DNA from: Torpedo marmorata
Lineage: Eukaryota
Length of the DNA: 64,000 nucleotides
Assembly (NCBI GenBank): GCA_977017645.1
Contig: OZ360246.1
Coordinates: 26,536,001-26,600,000, forward strand
Direction: 5' to 3'
Notes under the pieces: generated by a model
The model's input: only the letters and a program-made list of their open reading frames with translations
Databases searched by the model: none
What the model was told of the DNA's origin: nothing
Made by a program: the position numbers and the translations under genes
Shown here: positions 1 to 48,080 of the stretch, piece after piece
Layout: each line of letters begins with the position of its first letter
Numbering within the stretch: position 1 is the stretch's first letter

Positions 1-379
1 CAACATTGTTCATTTAAATTGTGAACAACACTCAGCTATTTCCCATTGTGTTTTCCCAAAGCACATTTTGAGGTTTGAAAAACAAAGGTGACATTTTGGT
101 TACCACAGATCTCCCTCTGACTCTGGATGCTATTTAGTGTGCTAAATTGTGTATGTAACTTGTACTGTGCATTGTAAATCAAAATACATGGCACTTCATG
201 GAATATTCTGTTACATCACATTATATGTTGTCTGTTCTGTCACAAGAAGCTTCAGTTGTCAAAATAACCAAAAGGTTAATGGAATGTTATCCTTCATTTC
301 AAAGTGATTGGAATTTGGAAATGAAGATCTAATCCTTCAGTTATAGAGAACCTTGGTGAGATCTTGTGCGGTGTTTAAT

Positions 380-670
380 TTCAAGATTCAAGATTCAATT
401 TATTGTCATAGTAATAAGACAGTGTCATATTCCATGAAATTTCTTTTTGCCTGCTGCAAGGCAGACCGATTCGCCACCGGCAGAAATTGCCTAAGCACCT
501 CTAACATTCCTTACAGTCAGAGAAAGAGAAGCAAAAGAAAGTCCCCCCAGAGTCACTAAGTGTCCATAGATTCGCCTCCAGCGATTCCGCAGCCACACAG
601 AGTCCAGTCCAAACCATCGGCATCCCGAGCTGCAGATCCGAACCTCCAACACGGTCAGGTCGCAGAACCT
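380..670 (-). mobile_element. Non-LTR retroelement 3' end with (GAATCTT)n tail; second copy at 33615-33757 (+), with the L1 inserted in its tail
   Basis: 380-532 is the near-exact reverse complement of 33615-33757 plus 36205-36211. Confidence 0.7.
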
Positions 671-1639
671 CAAAAATATAATTGGTCTTGAAAAGAATAC
701 ATTACAGATTCATCAGAATTATGCCAGGATTTAAATGGAAATATTTCATGTAAACTTTCTATTCCCTCGAGCTTAGAAAGTTGAAAGGTGATCCAGTTGA
801 CGTATTTAAAATGGAGCAGAGAAACTGTTTTCTCTGGTGGAGGAATGCAGAACAAGAGGGAATAATCTTAAAATTAGAGTTTGGCCATTTAAGGATGAAA
901 TCAGGAAGTGTTTTTTCCCACAAAGGATAATGGAAATCTGGCATAATATTTCTCTTCCCTTCCACCCCCTCCCACCTCATACTGCCAAAAAAAATACTCT
1001 GTGCAAAACCAATTGAAGATTTAGATTATTGTTAGGATGGCTCCGTAAATGAGTTGAGGTGCAGTTTGGTCACAGACTAATTTAATGTTGTAAAAAGCTT
1101 AAAGGAATGTATCACCCACTTTTTCTGTGACTTGATGTTATTTATATTCAGTTGTTCATTCTCCAAACATAAACTTATGCAAATTGTTGTATGCTCTGAA
1201 AGTTGCAGTAAGATGTGTTTGTTAGCTGCTGTGTTTATTTAAGGTGATGCAGGCCTTACTCCAAAGAACTCTGTAATTAAAACAAAAGAGGAAGGCAGTC
1301 AATCAAAGCTTTCTCAATGAGTTGCTTGTGAAGCATAATGATAGGTGCAAGGTGCAATCGGTTATTCCAGAGAAGAAGTGATCTCTCTGGCTCCAGGTGA
1401 TGGAATGTCATTTGTGGAATAGGCTGGGCCTGAATAGCAAGGATGCTGAATAACAGTTGTAGGGTCATGGGGAGATGCAGTGTAGAAACGGGCCCTTTAG
1501 CCCAGCAAATTTGCATCAAGCACACACTCTTTCCCTATCCTTCCCTAACCAATTCTATTCTCTCCCCATTCCCATCAACTCGCCCCCCAGCCCCTCCTCG
1601 ACTACCAGATTCCCCATCACCCACCACTCATCTATACAG

Positions 1640-1900
1640 AAGTAAAACACGAAAGTCTGCAGACACCGTGGTTGAAGTAAAAACACAATGCTGGAGAAAC
1701 TCAGCAGGTCAAACAGTATACTTTATATAGCAAAGATAAAGATACATAACCAACGTTTCGGGCTTGAGCCCTTCATAAAGAGCTTCATTATTTACCTTGA
1801 TGAAGGGCTCAAGCCCGAAACGCTGGTTATGTATCTTTATCTTTGTTATATAAAGTACCCTGTTTGACCTGCTGAGTTTCTCCAGCATTGTGTTTTTACT
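1640..1900. mobile_element. Fold-back Penelope-derived element A with two opposed, mutated hammerhead motifs
   Basis: About 100-bp inverted arms (starting 1676, ending 1900) plus a ~36-bp one-sided tail; TSD catcta(t/a)acag 1629-1639 / 1901-1911. Confidence 0.8.
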
Positions 1901-2099
1901 CATCTAAACAGTAGGGGCATTTTATAGCCAATTAACCTACCATACCTTTAAAGTTTTCGGCATTAGTTTCTGGAAGGAATATATCTCATGAGCAGAGTAG
2001 GCTTTATGTAACTAAAATGAAGAGAAAAGGATATTAAAGGGTGACTTTTATAAAACTTGGAAACTCACCATGTAACACAGTATACAATTTCTGTTCACT

Positions 2100-2780
2100 T
2101 CCTTGATTCTTTTATGAGAGATGGAGAAGTGTTGGTATTCAGAGGGATCTAGGTATCTTTTGAACATGAATCACTGGAAGTTAATTGTGGGTGCAATCAA
2201 CAGTTCTGAAAACAAATGATGTTACTTTATTGCAAAAGGATTTGAGTACAAAAGAGCTATCACTTCAGTTATACAGAGACCAGTCGGACATCATCTGAAA
2301 TATTGGGTATAGTTCTGGTTTCCCCACCTAAGGAAGAATCCATAAAGTGCAGCCAAAGTTCACCAGATTGATTTGGTGGCTTTGTCATACAAGGAGAGAT
2401 TAAGTAGACTGGGCTTATATTTTTCAGGAGTTAGAAGAATGAAAAGTGTTCTTATTGAAGCATTCAGAACTCTTCAGGGACTTGAAGGGGTGGAAGTTTA
2501 CCCTAATGGAGATGTCTGGAACCAGGGTTACAATTTCAATATCAGGAGTTGCCCATTCAGGACAGAGGTGAGAAACCATTTCTTCACCTTTCACGTAATG
2601 AATCTCTCCAAGACGGCCACGAGTTTCAGTTGCCGAATGTGCTTAAGACAGGTCAATAGATTTTTAGATATTAAGGGATATCTGGTGAATGCAGGAAAGT
2701 GCTGTGTGATTTTATTGAATGGCTGAGCAATCACAAGGGGCCAAATAGCCTACTCTTGCTATTTTGTATGTTCTTAGCTG
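2100..2780 (+). mobile_element. Degenerate CR1 3' fragment (other CR1 relics ~250-960, ~4335-4640, ~6290-6530, ~17000-17300, 20945-21085, ~59860-60740)
   Basis: ORF 2373..2726 LSYKERLSRLGL...FRTEVRNHFFT; CR1-type 3' tail. Confidence 0.7.
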
Positions 2781-2957
2781 TGGGAATTCAGATTGTGTGG
2801 TGTAAATTGAACTTCAAATCAGCCTCATTGACTGCAGGGCAGTGAGGAGACTTGGTTCTATTTAAAATGCTTAGTAATGCTTCTGGTTTATATATAGTTT
2901 ATGGTTGACCCCATTTCCTCCTTGGCAGGGTCACAAAAATACTTTTCATCCAGTTGG

Positions 2958-4008
2958 TGTATTGTGAAGGGTCGTGGCTATCACGTGACAGCACTGCCCA
3001 CTACCGAGTCGGAGGGCACACCACCTGCCAATCAAGGTTTGGCCCTGCGCCGCCCATTAGTGCACACCTTGCCGTTGGCCAATTTAAATTCCTTTGTAAT
3101 TAGCTTAGCCTTACTGGCACCAAGCCATTGGCCCCCTGTAAATTACCTGGGCTGGACTCTCCAGCCTGCCTGTACTTGGCCTTGGGCCATTGGCTGTTGT
3201 AATCGTATTAACCTTGCTGGCACTGAGCCATTGGCCCCCTGCTAACGACCTGGGCTGGACCCCCCAGCCCTATAAAAGGTGCCACGTGTGCTTTGTTCTC
3301 CCTCTTTGCCAGCTTGGGATCACCCTGCTTCACTCCAGGCCTAGAACCGTGGAAGGGCGCTGGAGAAATTGTTGGTAAGATGTGCACTGTTAATAGGGTT
3401 GGGAGCATTTAATTAGTGTCCCTAGTAGCATAGAGCTGTGCCTGCACTGAGTCAAGTGGTGGTGGAGCATCGTATTGATTTTTCCTTGATTATTGTATGT
3501 ACCCAGTTCGTTGTGTGTGTGCTTTGTTCCCACATGATTTTCCCACGTTCGTTATAAATTGTACGCGTGTTTCATTGCCGCTATTACTTTCCCACGCTCG
3601 CTATTAAACTGTGTGCGTTGTTTATTGCCGACCCGACTTTTCCCATGCTCGCTAATAAATTGTGCACGCTGTTTCATTGCCGCTACTATTTTCCCATGGT
3701 CGTTATTAATTGTGTGTGTGTATTGCCTCTGTTGCCATTTTCCCACATTTGCCTTCTGTAAATAAAATCCTTTACTACCAAAACTGTGTGTCCAGAGTCC
3801 TTGCCTTTGAGTAAAAAAACACAAATGCTGGAGACGTTTCCTGAAACGTCGGTTATGTATTTCTACCTTTGTTACATAAAAAACACTGTTTGACCTGCTG
3901 AGTTTCTCCAGCATTTGTGTTTTTTACTTCAACCACAGTGTCTACAGATTTTCGTGTTTTACTTTCTTGCCTTTGAGACCTACCAAACCTGTTTCCTCAC
4001 TTACAACA
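2958..4008 (+). mobile_element. Solo LTR (copy 1) with TATA box, internal splice donor, minisatellite and AATAAA; interrupted by a fold-back element at 3810-3964
   Basis: TGTATTGT...TTACAACA termini; 5-bp TSD GTTGG on both sides; repeated CCAAT/ATTGG boxes; TATAAAA at 3271; AATAAA at 3761. Confidence 0.88.
3810..3964. mobile_element. Fold-back Penelope-derived element B (internally deleted), inserted in solo LTR 1
   Basis: Same arm and tail sequence as element A; TSD (c/t)cttgcctttg 3799-3809 / 3965-3975; the site is empty in LTR copy 2. Confidence 0.8.
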
Positions 4009-5262
4009 GTTGGTAATAGAAATTGAGAGATTTCATTCACAGCCTTTTGAGGTTGCTAAATTTCTGGTAATACTGGTTAAGTTTGTGAAGTGTTGTTGTA
4101 TTTTCTGTGTGGACTTCCAAATCATAGAGCTTTTTACAAAGGCAAACATGAAGCATTTTTGTTGGCATTACTGTAATGTGGAACGGGTCTATCACTGTGG
4201 TGATAGGTTTTATTTTTCCGAACAAGGGCTATGTATTGACTGAGCATTTTGAGCATGATGATACCGGAGTAATGCACTGCCTAGTGTAAAAATGTCACTG
4301 CTATGAGTGACTTGTTCTGGTGTGCCTGTTTCTGAAGTCATAGTTTTACAGCATGGAAACAGGCCCTTTGGCCCAACTTGTCCATGCAGACCAAGTTGTT
4401 TACCCAAGCTCGTCCCATTTGCCTGCATTAAGCCCAATGTTCCTCTAACCTTTCTTATCCATGTACCTGCCTAATTATTTTTTAAACCTCTTTTTACCAA
4501 CCATTTTACGAACCTCTACCACTTCCTCTGGCAGGTGCTTCCCCACCACCACCTGTGTGAAAAAGGTGCCCCTCAGGTCCCTTTTAAATCTTTTCCCTTT
4601 CACTTTAAATTAGGGCCCTCTAAATTTAGGCTCTCCTACCCTCCCTGAACTGGTGCAAATTCTACCTCCTCCTAGCCCCTAAAGATGGATGTCAGCAGTG
4701 GAAGAGCTTGAGATGGAGTTTAGAGCAGCACTCAATCTTACCACAACTTTGCAGTGCTATTTGAACTGCAGATTTTAACTGCACACTTTAGATACATTAT
4801 ATGCTTTACAGATTACATTAAATGGGTCGTTGCAGATAATAAAGGAAACCAAAACTAAAAGCAGGCCACCTCCAAAATTTAACAGCCACACGGTCTTCCT
4901 CAAAAGCCTGCAGGCTGTGCAGGACAGATTACCGGTAGATATCTGGAGGATTCTGTTTGTTTGCGTTGTATGGGTTGACAAGAACTTGTTTGTCCTGCTC
5001 TTTATTTTTCTGTTTGCAAAGGATGTTCCTCATCCAACAAGGATTGCTGTTATACACGATTCCAGGAAATGAGGGAATTATGTACTCCAAGGACAGACAT
5101 GTTAGATTATGGATTCTGCAAAATTGTAGGCTGTTGATAATACATGTGCAAGAGAAATTTTAATTTTTGTCAGATTTCAAAGAGAAAAGTTCTAGTAGAA
5201 TGAGACATGGTGTATGACCTTGCAGTGGTGTCTTCTGTATATTCTGTACAATGGGGAGGTAA

Positions 5263-38980
<33,718 letters not shown>

Positions 38981-41900
38981 TGCACCGCCTGCAGGTATTT
39001 CACATTACCTGATGCACACCCATAAGCTGTGAATTCAAAAAAAGATTTATCTGTAAAACTACTCTGGAAATGTTTTAAAGTTTGATAGTTAAAACACAAA
39101 TTTTACTCCATTCCATTGAGTTTGTTATATTCAGACTTATCTATCTTAATTTGATTCTCGCTTTGTTCTTGAAAGCTTCTGCTTTTGGTACTGATTGGAT
39201 AAAGAAGTGACGCGTGAATACCTCCACCCATTGCTGTAACTCGTGTGGTATGCTACAAGTTAGCAAACTTGCTTTAGCTAGGTGAAATCTTGCTATAAAC
39301 AATATAGTTGCATTGGCAAGGCTCAGCAAGTCTGCAGGAGACTGCAGTACCTGGTTTGAAGTTGCAGCTTATTACAGGAGAAAATGCCCAGTTTATTGAG
39401 GTGGACATTTGGTAATTCAATAATTTGGTTGCAACCTTTGGTCTGTGACAGTTCTTTATCAAATCAGCTAATTGACATAAACTAATATTGCACATGCTGA
39501 CTCCAAAGCCAGTTGAGTTGACACATGCAGACAGGTCAGTGAAAGGTGCTGCAAAGCATTTAAATTTTCTTTTATTGCAGTTTGTCACTTAATTTATTTT
39601 TTAAGGAGAGACCGTGTAGGTAATGTATCAGGCGAGAAGTTTTAAGTATGGACTTGATTAATGTACTTGGTCCACTGTAGAAGGCAGCATTAAGCCTGGG
39701 GTGTACTTGTCCAATGGAATACCAAAATTCCTTGTACTTTCCACATTGGAGAGAAAGCACTAAGCCTCATTGTAGACAAGGGAATTCGTGCAAATGTCCC
39801 ATGATTGGTGGGAGACAGATAACCAAGCAATGTTGATGTTTCTGGACTTGTCCCAATGTAGAAATGCTTGGGAGATGCAAGTCTACAACTGAGTCTTTTG
39901 CCACTCATTAGGATATCTTGAATCTCAATAAAAGGTTGCTTTGTTACTGACTGAGTCTGGTGGTGATCAGTTAGATTGTACAGAAACTTTACGATTATTA
40001 AAGTCTTCTGTTGTATATCATGGAAAACTGCTCTATTTCAGTTCAGCCAGAAGAGAAGACAGTGTTTTTGTACATTTAAATGTCAGATAACTACTTGGTT
40101 CAGTTGTCTGATATTGGAGCACTTCATGTTCTGTTGATTTCAGTTAACTCTTTTCAATGCCGTAATGAACTGGTTGCAGGTTTTTTGTAAAATGTGTTTG
40201 CTTTTCACCTCTTTCAGGTTTTCAATTATGACTTTAATTGGCATCATATGATGGCCTTGTTCACCAGTTCTATAGGGGCATCTATTTGCACCATAAACAG
40301 TGAAACGTGTTAGAGAAATCACATTGGAATTGTATTTGTCTTTTATTCACCTATTCCATCATCTAATTTATAATTATCTCCAGTAATTGCCATGTGAAGG
40401 CTAAGCTTGGAATTAAGATGTGACAAGGAAGTGGGTATTGAGCTAAAATTTGCAATGGGGACATTTCCTGTTACTTTATTATTTTCCTGCTTGATTTTTC
40501 ATTCTGTCCAGACACCAGTCGTAAATTTGCTGACATTGTAAGCCACAGTTCCTGAGACATTGCTTTAAGGATTGCTTCATTGTATGCACACATAATTTCC
40601 CCACACAGAAGTTCCAGTTTCATATGTCGTATCTTGAGTAACAGCCATGGTGAGCTGCAAAGCCAAGACAATTAACCTACCCCTCCTATAGGTTTTGTAG
40701 TGTCCTTGCAGTTACTTTGAGTGCTAAGATAAATTCGCCTCCTAAATGTATTTGGTCACTGTTTTCTTTCTCCAGTTTTGAGTGGGAAGAGTGATATTAA
40801 CTTTCCATTTGAGACATTCAACCTCACGAGCATAAGAGATGATGCCTTTATTTGGGGCTAAAAATGGAATTGAGGCATGTGTGAACAACCCCGTCAGTGT
40901 AATGTACTGAGTCTTTAAAATTAGACTTTTTGGCAACTATTGTTTCTTTCACTTTATTACTTGTTCAAATGCAACAAACTGCTGATTTAAAAAGGTCAGA
41001 GGAGCTTGTGCAAGATAGTCACATGCAGTAAGGAGGAATTCCATCTTTTGAGACAGGATGGCAGTAAATGCAGGCCATTGGATAAAGAATTTGCTCAAGT
41101 TTCTGGAGAGCGAGTGACCCAAGATTGTAGTTTTCAAATTAGAACTCCAAGGTTGTCTTGAATTTTGATGGTCAAGTGAGGTTTTGATTACTAATATGCA
41201 TTTGTTTTGCCATCTACATATTATCTAGAAAATAATGTTTTCAAACATGTGCATTACACAATAGAGAAGGATATCCAAGACAGCAAATAGATGCAGCAGT
41301 TCACATTGCTCCTTCAGCTGTCTTTGTGTGTGCGTAGTTTGGAGTTTGCTGCAACCAATGCGTCATTAAAATGCACAACATCTTGTCTAATGTGACGTAC
41401 TCGAGAGACCCAAATGATTTTTATGCTGTTTTGGTTTTTCTACAGATGCCAGATCCTTACAAAATTCAGCTCTATAGTTTTAAAATGTTGACACTTACCC
41501 CTAAACCCAGAGAAGCCTGTGCAGACTTTGAGGAAATAGGGAAATCACTCTGGAGAAACATGAGCTTGTTACAACACAGAACGCTGCAATTTGTTGGAGA
41601 AATTTAGCTGCAGTAAGTGGATAAGATGAGGCACTGCTGCTCAAGGTGACAAATGCGTTGAAGGCAATAATGGGGCTTTACATTACACAGATATAATCCC
41701 TTTGCCAAACCTGCTGCTTTGATTTATTTTCTACAGATTTTAGGAAATATAGGAATGAACTAAAATGCTGCTCATATTTGTATCAAGTAATGTACCTGAT
41801 GCGAAAACTTACTTTTCCAAGTTTATGACCAGATTATTGGCAGGATGGGTATATATATCTGGTGAATACTTTACATCCTTCAATTCATCAAATACATGCC

Positions 41901-43600
41901 CAACTTTGAGGTCTGTGGTGCAGATCTATTGGTATTTTTTCGCAGGTAAAACCATATGTTTGGTGTTATTTATGTTGGCCTCTTTCCTGATGAGATTGAT
42001 TCAGAAAATGTTGTGATGATGGTAAATTCTATGCAATATTTTAATCCCCAAAACTTAGTTGTTCAGATCTAATGTGACTTGTCCTTCCACTGATGCAAAA
42101 AGCATGGATTCCCAATTTTTTTTTTAGGAGTCACTGTGTCAATTGTATACCTACTGCCTCGACACAGTTGATGCAGTTTCAAGATTATATGCCTGCTCAC
42201 AGACCTTTTGAACCAGTTGACTATCTGTTGGAAATATGATAAAATGATAGGTTCACAATACACTATGGCCTTGTTGATAGTTGACATCTGATTTCTCTCA
42301 TTGATGGGGTAGATCTTTGCAGGGGATTGGAATTTTTCTCACTGGTCAAAAAGGTTTAATTGCCAGTGACCAACAAAAACAGTGGAAAGCCCACTAGTTT
42401 GTAAGTGGTACAGTTTTAGCCACTTATGAATCAGAATGTATCCGTCTACTTCTATGCTCTGCCAAACTGTGCCTTTGAGAAAAAGAGGATTGTGCCATTT
42501 TGGATCCATTCACACTACAGTTGTCTTGTTATTCGAAGATTCTATAATGCTATATTTCCGAGTTTCAGATGCCTGACTGTTAGTATGTCTGTTGGAATTT
42601 TGGTTACCAGTACTGTACATAGCATTTCCTCTTCGCATATCCTGGCCTTTCTGACCTGATTTCAGAATGATAATCACTTGGCCAATCCCAAATGTACTTG
42701 GGGATTGTCCAAATTTTGACTCTCAGTTGATGATTTCACAAATTCTGCTCTTGTGAAACAAAACATCAATGTAAATTTGCACAAATAACTCGAAACACAC
42801 AGAATACCACTCAAAACCAGAATTTGACTAATAATCTGCTCCTGAATATTCTGTCCAGTGTTGTATAATAGAGAGCAGTTAAGGGCTGTATTAATTTGTT
42901 TCCTCTGCCAGTTTCCCCCAATGCAAACAAAAACTGCAGATGCTGTGATTGTAGACATGCTGAAGAAACTCAATGTGTTGTAAGGGTTAATCTTTTTCTC
43001 AACAATTAAAGTGGTATATTTGATTTCATGAGTTTTTTTAATATCACTTTTGCCACTTATACATTTTCCTTTTAATTTTATACCCAAAATGATTTTTGAT
43101 GAAATAGTGGACAAATTCGGTTTTGGACATCAAGCTGACAGGTTGGTGCCCCTTACAATATCCTGTCTTAAGAACAATGCCTCTTTTACCCCATGAATTT
43201 AGCCTCCATCACTCCATCACTCATCATAAGCCTTAATAGGTTAAATTATTTTTCTGTGGACCAATGCCCCCTGGAATGTCCAACTATTTTGCATGGAATC
43301 TCTATAGCCAGCAGATATTGGGAGACCATTCTGTTAACCCATGAGATTAAATAATAACGTAAATATAACATGGAGGATTTAAACAGATTTAAGAAAGGAA
43401 ATGAGGGTATTTAAATACATTTTATAACATTCTCAGAGTTTCCCAAAGACTTTGTATTTGGTGAAATATTCTTGAAATTCAGTCATAAGTGAAAGCAATT
43501 TGCATGAACTTTTACAATTTTGTGAATGATTTGTAGTTTCTTGGTGATCCGTTGAAGGGTTCATCTGCATTATGGTGTACTTGAGACCTGATTATTTTTT
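38981..43600 (+). other. FBXO42: Probable FBXO42 3' UTR (end not determined); candidate poly(A) signals AATAAA 39927-39932 and ATTAAA 39997-40002
   Basis: Follows the stop codon; about 4.6 kb without recognisable young TEs, unlike the TE-dense introns. Confidence 0.5.
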
Positions 43601-43656
43601 GGTAAATTTAGAATGCTCAATCTTAAAGCCAAAATCTAAATTGGATTTTTTTAATA

Positions 43657-43877
43657 CAGTAAAACCGCTGTTATCCAGAATTCAAGCAACTGGCAGCCTC
43701 AAGCATCCGGAAAAAAAAATTGAGGAAAATAAATAGGTAAAAAAAATATGCATTTAAAATTGGCACGCCCTGCTGTTAGTTTGCCAATCACTCAACATGC
43801 AATCTCAAGCAACCAGCAAATATACTTATCCGGCATCTACCAATCCCCATAGATACCGGATACCAGGGGTTTTACTG
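43657..43877. mobile_element. Tigger/pogo-like MITE
   Basis: TA|CAGTAAAACC ... GGTTTTACTG|TA. Confidence 0.85.
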
Positions 43878-44594
43878 TATATGCTACCATGTGTATTTAT
43901 GTTGAGTTTATACAGTTCTAGAAATGAGAAAGCTCAGAAAAGGTTAATGGTAAATTAATGAATCTTTGTGCTTATGAAACAACATGGTTGTCTATCGTAG
44001 CAATTTTTTAACTTTAACTTTTAACAGAAGAGTTTACTTTGTTTCTGTTAGGTTCTGAGGCTTACGTCTTGGGTCTTTATTGTACTTTGTTCCTTCTGAA
44101 ATGCCACTGCTAGTTTGAATAGAGCAGGAATTTTTGACTGGTGGTGTGCATATCTCTCAAGTTTCCATGCACCATGTGGTATACACATGAAATGAAAAAT
44201 ATTTGAAAAGGCATAATCTGAGATTTCAGCAGAGTAATTAGGTAGTTAATTTGTCTTAAAATTTCTTTATACTATATTTCAAGGTGCAAACAATAGTTTA
44301 GAATTTTTTTCCAAAATCTGATTATACGTTTTACAGCTTGCTCTAAAATGAAACTTAGAAATCAAAATAACATCCTGTCTGTGACTGATGTATTTCACCA
44401 ACTGCAAGGACATTAGGCACTGACAGCACATGGCCAATACAACACAGATATGAACATTTGCCGGCAGCAGTGAAGATCTTGCACTACATCTTTAATGCAA
44501 CATTGTTTCAAATATTTGTACAGGGTACATCTTTCTGACTTTGTTTTTCTGTCTCCAACCTGTGTGATTTGTCATCATTTCTTTCCAAACGATT

Positions 44595-45660
44595 AATTAT
44601 AGTTGTACCGCACAAAAACCCTTCAGCTCACCACGTCCATGCTGATAATCATGCTTACCTAGACTAATCCCACTTGCCTGCATTAATTCCATGTCCCTCT
44701 ATGGATTGGCTCGTTCAAGCACTTGTCCATATGGCTCTTAAACATCATTACTGTTCCTACCTCCACCACTTCCTCCAGCAGCATATTTCAGATACCAACT
44801 GCTCTTTGGTGAAAATTTTACCCTTTAGATCCCCTTTAAGCCTCCTCCCTCCACCTTCAATAAAATGCCCTCTAAATTTAGACAGCCCTGCTGTTTATCC
44901 TATCCATGCCTTTCATAATATCTTTCTTCTATCATGTCAACTCTCAGCCTTCTTTGCTCCAGGGAAAACAGACCAATTTTTCCTGATTACTCAAACCCTC
45001 CAAACCAGGCAATATCTTTGTGAATATTTTCTGTACCCTATTAGCTTAATATTTCCTGCAGTGTGGCAAAACCAACATTTTGTACAACAGTAACATGCCC
45101 CAATTCTTGTACTCAGTACCTCTGTTAATGAAGGCAAGCATGCCATATGCCTTCCTCACCACCCTGCATATGTGTGTTGCCACTTTCAGAGAACCATGTA
45201 CTTGTGCCCCAAAATCCAGTTGGGGCACACTTCCCAGGTTCCTGCCTTTCACCGTGTATATTCTGCCCTGGTTAAACTTCCCAAATTGCATCATTTCACA
45301 ATTGTCTGTTAAATTCCATCTGCTATTCCCTTGCACACTTTCCCAGTCTATCTGTATACCGTTATAACCTCAGACAACCATTTTCATTGTCCATTATACC
45401 ACCAATTTTGGTTCATTTGCAGACTTATGCCAGCAACATTCTTATCCAAATTGTTAAATGTACGTGACAAACAAGAGGACCCAGCACTAATCCCTGCGGC
45501 ACACGGCTAGTCACGGGCCTCCAATCTGAAAAACAGCCCTCTGCTACCACCATCTGCCACCCCAATTTTATATGCGATTGGCTAGTTCAACCTGGATTTC
45601 AACCTTCCGGGCCACCTTGTCAAAGACCTTGCTAAAGTTCCTGCAGAAAATGTCTACCTC
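44595..45660 (-). mobile_element. Degenerate CR1 LINE fragment
   Basis: ORF 45046..45336 (RVVRKAYGMLAFINRGTEYK..LLLYKMLV). Confidence 0.8.
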
Positions 45661-46560
45661 TGCCCTCATAAAATACTCCAGGGAAAGTAAGAAATGATCG
45701 GTTATTGTTTTCTTGTCCCACCTAACAACCTCTTCACAAACACTTTTTTGCCCTCTTTCTGCTCCCCCAACACAACCTTAATGCTTAATTTTTTTTTGTG
45801 GCGTTCTAAGTGCAATCGGCTTCTAAAATTGAAATCGAGCTTTTTCAGTGGAAGGAGAAAGTTTAAAAGCGATTGGAGAAATATCAACAATAGTCAATTT
45901 AACGTGAGAGCCAGTGAAATATTGTGAAACTTGCTTTTATTCTTAAATTACTGTTGTGATGAGTGCATGTAATTGAATCAGCTTTGGTAAGCTGTGCTAA
46001 ATTTGGATTCTCCCTGCCAGAATAATTTCTATTTGTATCAGAAACTTTTTTTTCTTATACAGTGGTCTTGTGTGAAATCTGCCTAGCATTTCTGCACAAG
46101 TGCAACAGAAGTTTGCATTATGAACTGATCAGGTGTGTTTCTGAGTCCATAATTTGGAGTGTAAGAGAAGTTTTGTAAAAATGAACCAACTTTTAATTAA
46201 AAGGACATTGTTTAAAGAATATTGGCATTATTATTGCTTCTGAATGAAGTAATGACCTGATTGGGTAGTCATAATACTCCATGCATTTCAATCAAATAGC
46301 CAAAGAAAATCCCAAATTCAATTGCTGACCAGTTTTGAATTCACTAATCTCAGCCAGATTATCCAGGGTTCTTATGATGGAAATGCATGTTTGTGTATGT
46401 TGGGGTGTCCTTCATGATTAAATAACCTTGTAGCACATCAAAGTAACTTGTATCCGATGAATAGCTTTTTAGTAATTTGCTGGAGGATACCTGGCTCTTC
46501 TCGAGCCTGACCCCAGCGAGGAAAACCATTCAAAAAGGAGGTGGGATGTGGTGGTGTGGG

Positions 46561-48080
46561 CAGAATCAGAATTTATTGTCATGAACCAGTCATGAAATTC
46601 GGTGTTTTGCGGCAGCATCATAGTGCAAACAATCATATTTTAACCATCTTACGACATTACTATAAAAAATATATATAAATAATAGTGCACGAAAAGTAAG
46701 GCAGTATCTTTGGTTCATTGATTATTCAGGAATCTGATGGCAGCGGGGAAGAAGCTGTCCTTGTGCTGTTGAGTGCTCGTCTTTAGGCTCCTGTACCTTT
46801 TTCCCGATGGTAGCAGAGTGAAGAGGGCATGGCCTGGGTGGTGAGGGTCTTTGAGGACAGAGGCTGCTTTTTTAAGACAATGCCTCGTGTAGATGTACTC
46901 GATGGAGTGAAGTCTGGTGCCTGTGATGTCGCAGGCCGAGTTAACAACCCTCTGGAGTTTTTATTCTTGTCCTGAGAGTTGGCGCTTCCATACCAGGCAG
47001 TGATGCAACCAGCCAGAATGCTCTCCACGGTACACCTGTAGAAGTTTACGAGAGTCTTCGGTGACATACCGAATCTCCTCAGACACCTCACAAACTATAG
47101 TCGCTGGTGAGCCTTCTTTGTGATTGCATCAACGTGGAGGCTCCAGGACAGATCCTCAGAAATGTTGACACCCAGGAATTTGAAGTTCTTGACCTTCTTC
47201 ACTACTGAGCCCTCGATAAGGACTGGGTCATGTTCCCCTGACTTCCTCCTGAAGTCCACAATCATCTCCTTGGTTTTGCTGACGTTGAGCGCAAGGTTGT
47301 TGTCGTTACACCATTCAACGAGCTGATCTATCTCCCTCCTGTACGCTTCCTCATTGCCGTTTGTGATTCTGCTGACAACTGTGGTGTCATCAGCAAACTT
47401 GTAGATGGCATTGGAATTGTGCCTGGCCACACAGTCGTGTGTATAACGAGTAGAGCAGTGGACTAAGCACACATCTTTGGGTTGCGCCTGTGTTGATAAT
47501 CAGTGAGGAGGAGACGTTGTTTCCAATTTGTACTGATTGTGGTCTTCCGATGAGAAAGTCAAGGATCCAGTTGCAGAGTGGGGTACAGAGGCCCAGAGTT
47601 TGTAGCTTCTTGACCAGCACTGAGGGAATAATGGTATTGAAGGCTGAGCTGTAGTCGATGAAGAGCAGCCATATGTATGAATTGCTGTTTTCGAGGTGAT
47701 CTGGAGCTGAGTGGAGAGCCAGCGATATTGCATCTGCTGTGGAGCGATTGTGACGATAGGCGAATTGCAGTGGGTCCAGATCTTTGCTTAGGTACGTGTT
47801 AATTCTGGCCATGACCAGCCTCTCAAAGCATTTCATCGCAGTAGAAGTTAGTGCTACTGGGTGGTAGTCGTTGAGGCAGCTCACACTACTCTTCTTGGGT
47901 ACCGGGATGATTGATGCAGGTGGGAACCTCTGACTGCCGCAATGAGAGGTTGAAAATGTCCGTGAACACTCCAGCTAGTTGGTTTGTGCAGATTTTCAGT
48001 ACCCTGCCAGGTACGCCGTCAGGGCCTGACGCCTTGCGAGGGTTCACCCTCTTGAAGTTCTGACGTCGCCCTCAGAGACA
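46561..48080 (-). mobile_element. Rex1/Babar-like LINE, 5'-truncated and frameshifted
   Basis: ORFs with [31 protein letters not shown]; (TTCTGA)n tail. Confidence 0.88.

Noticed and set aside
1640-1900. Fold-back elements as ordinary DNA-transposon MITEs
   Set aside because: Variable 11-14 bp TSDs, a one-sided tail and shared sequence with the 3' ends of GIY-YIG-coding remnants point to a Penelope-like origin.
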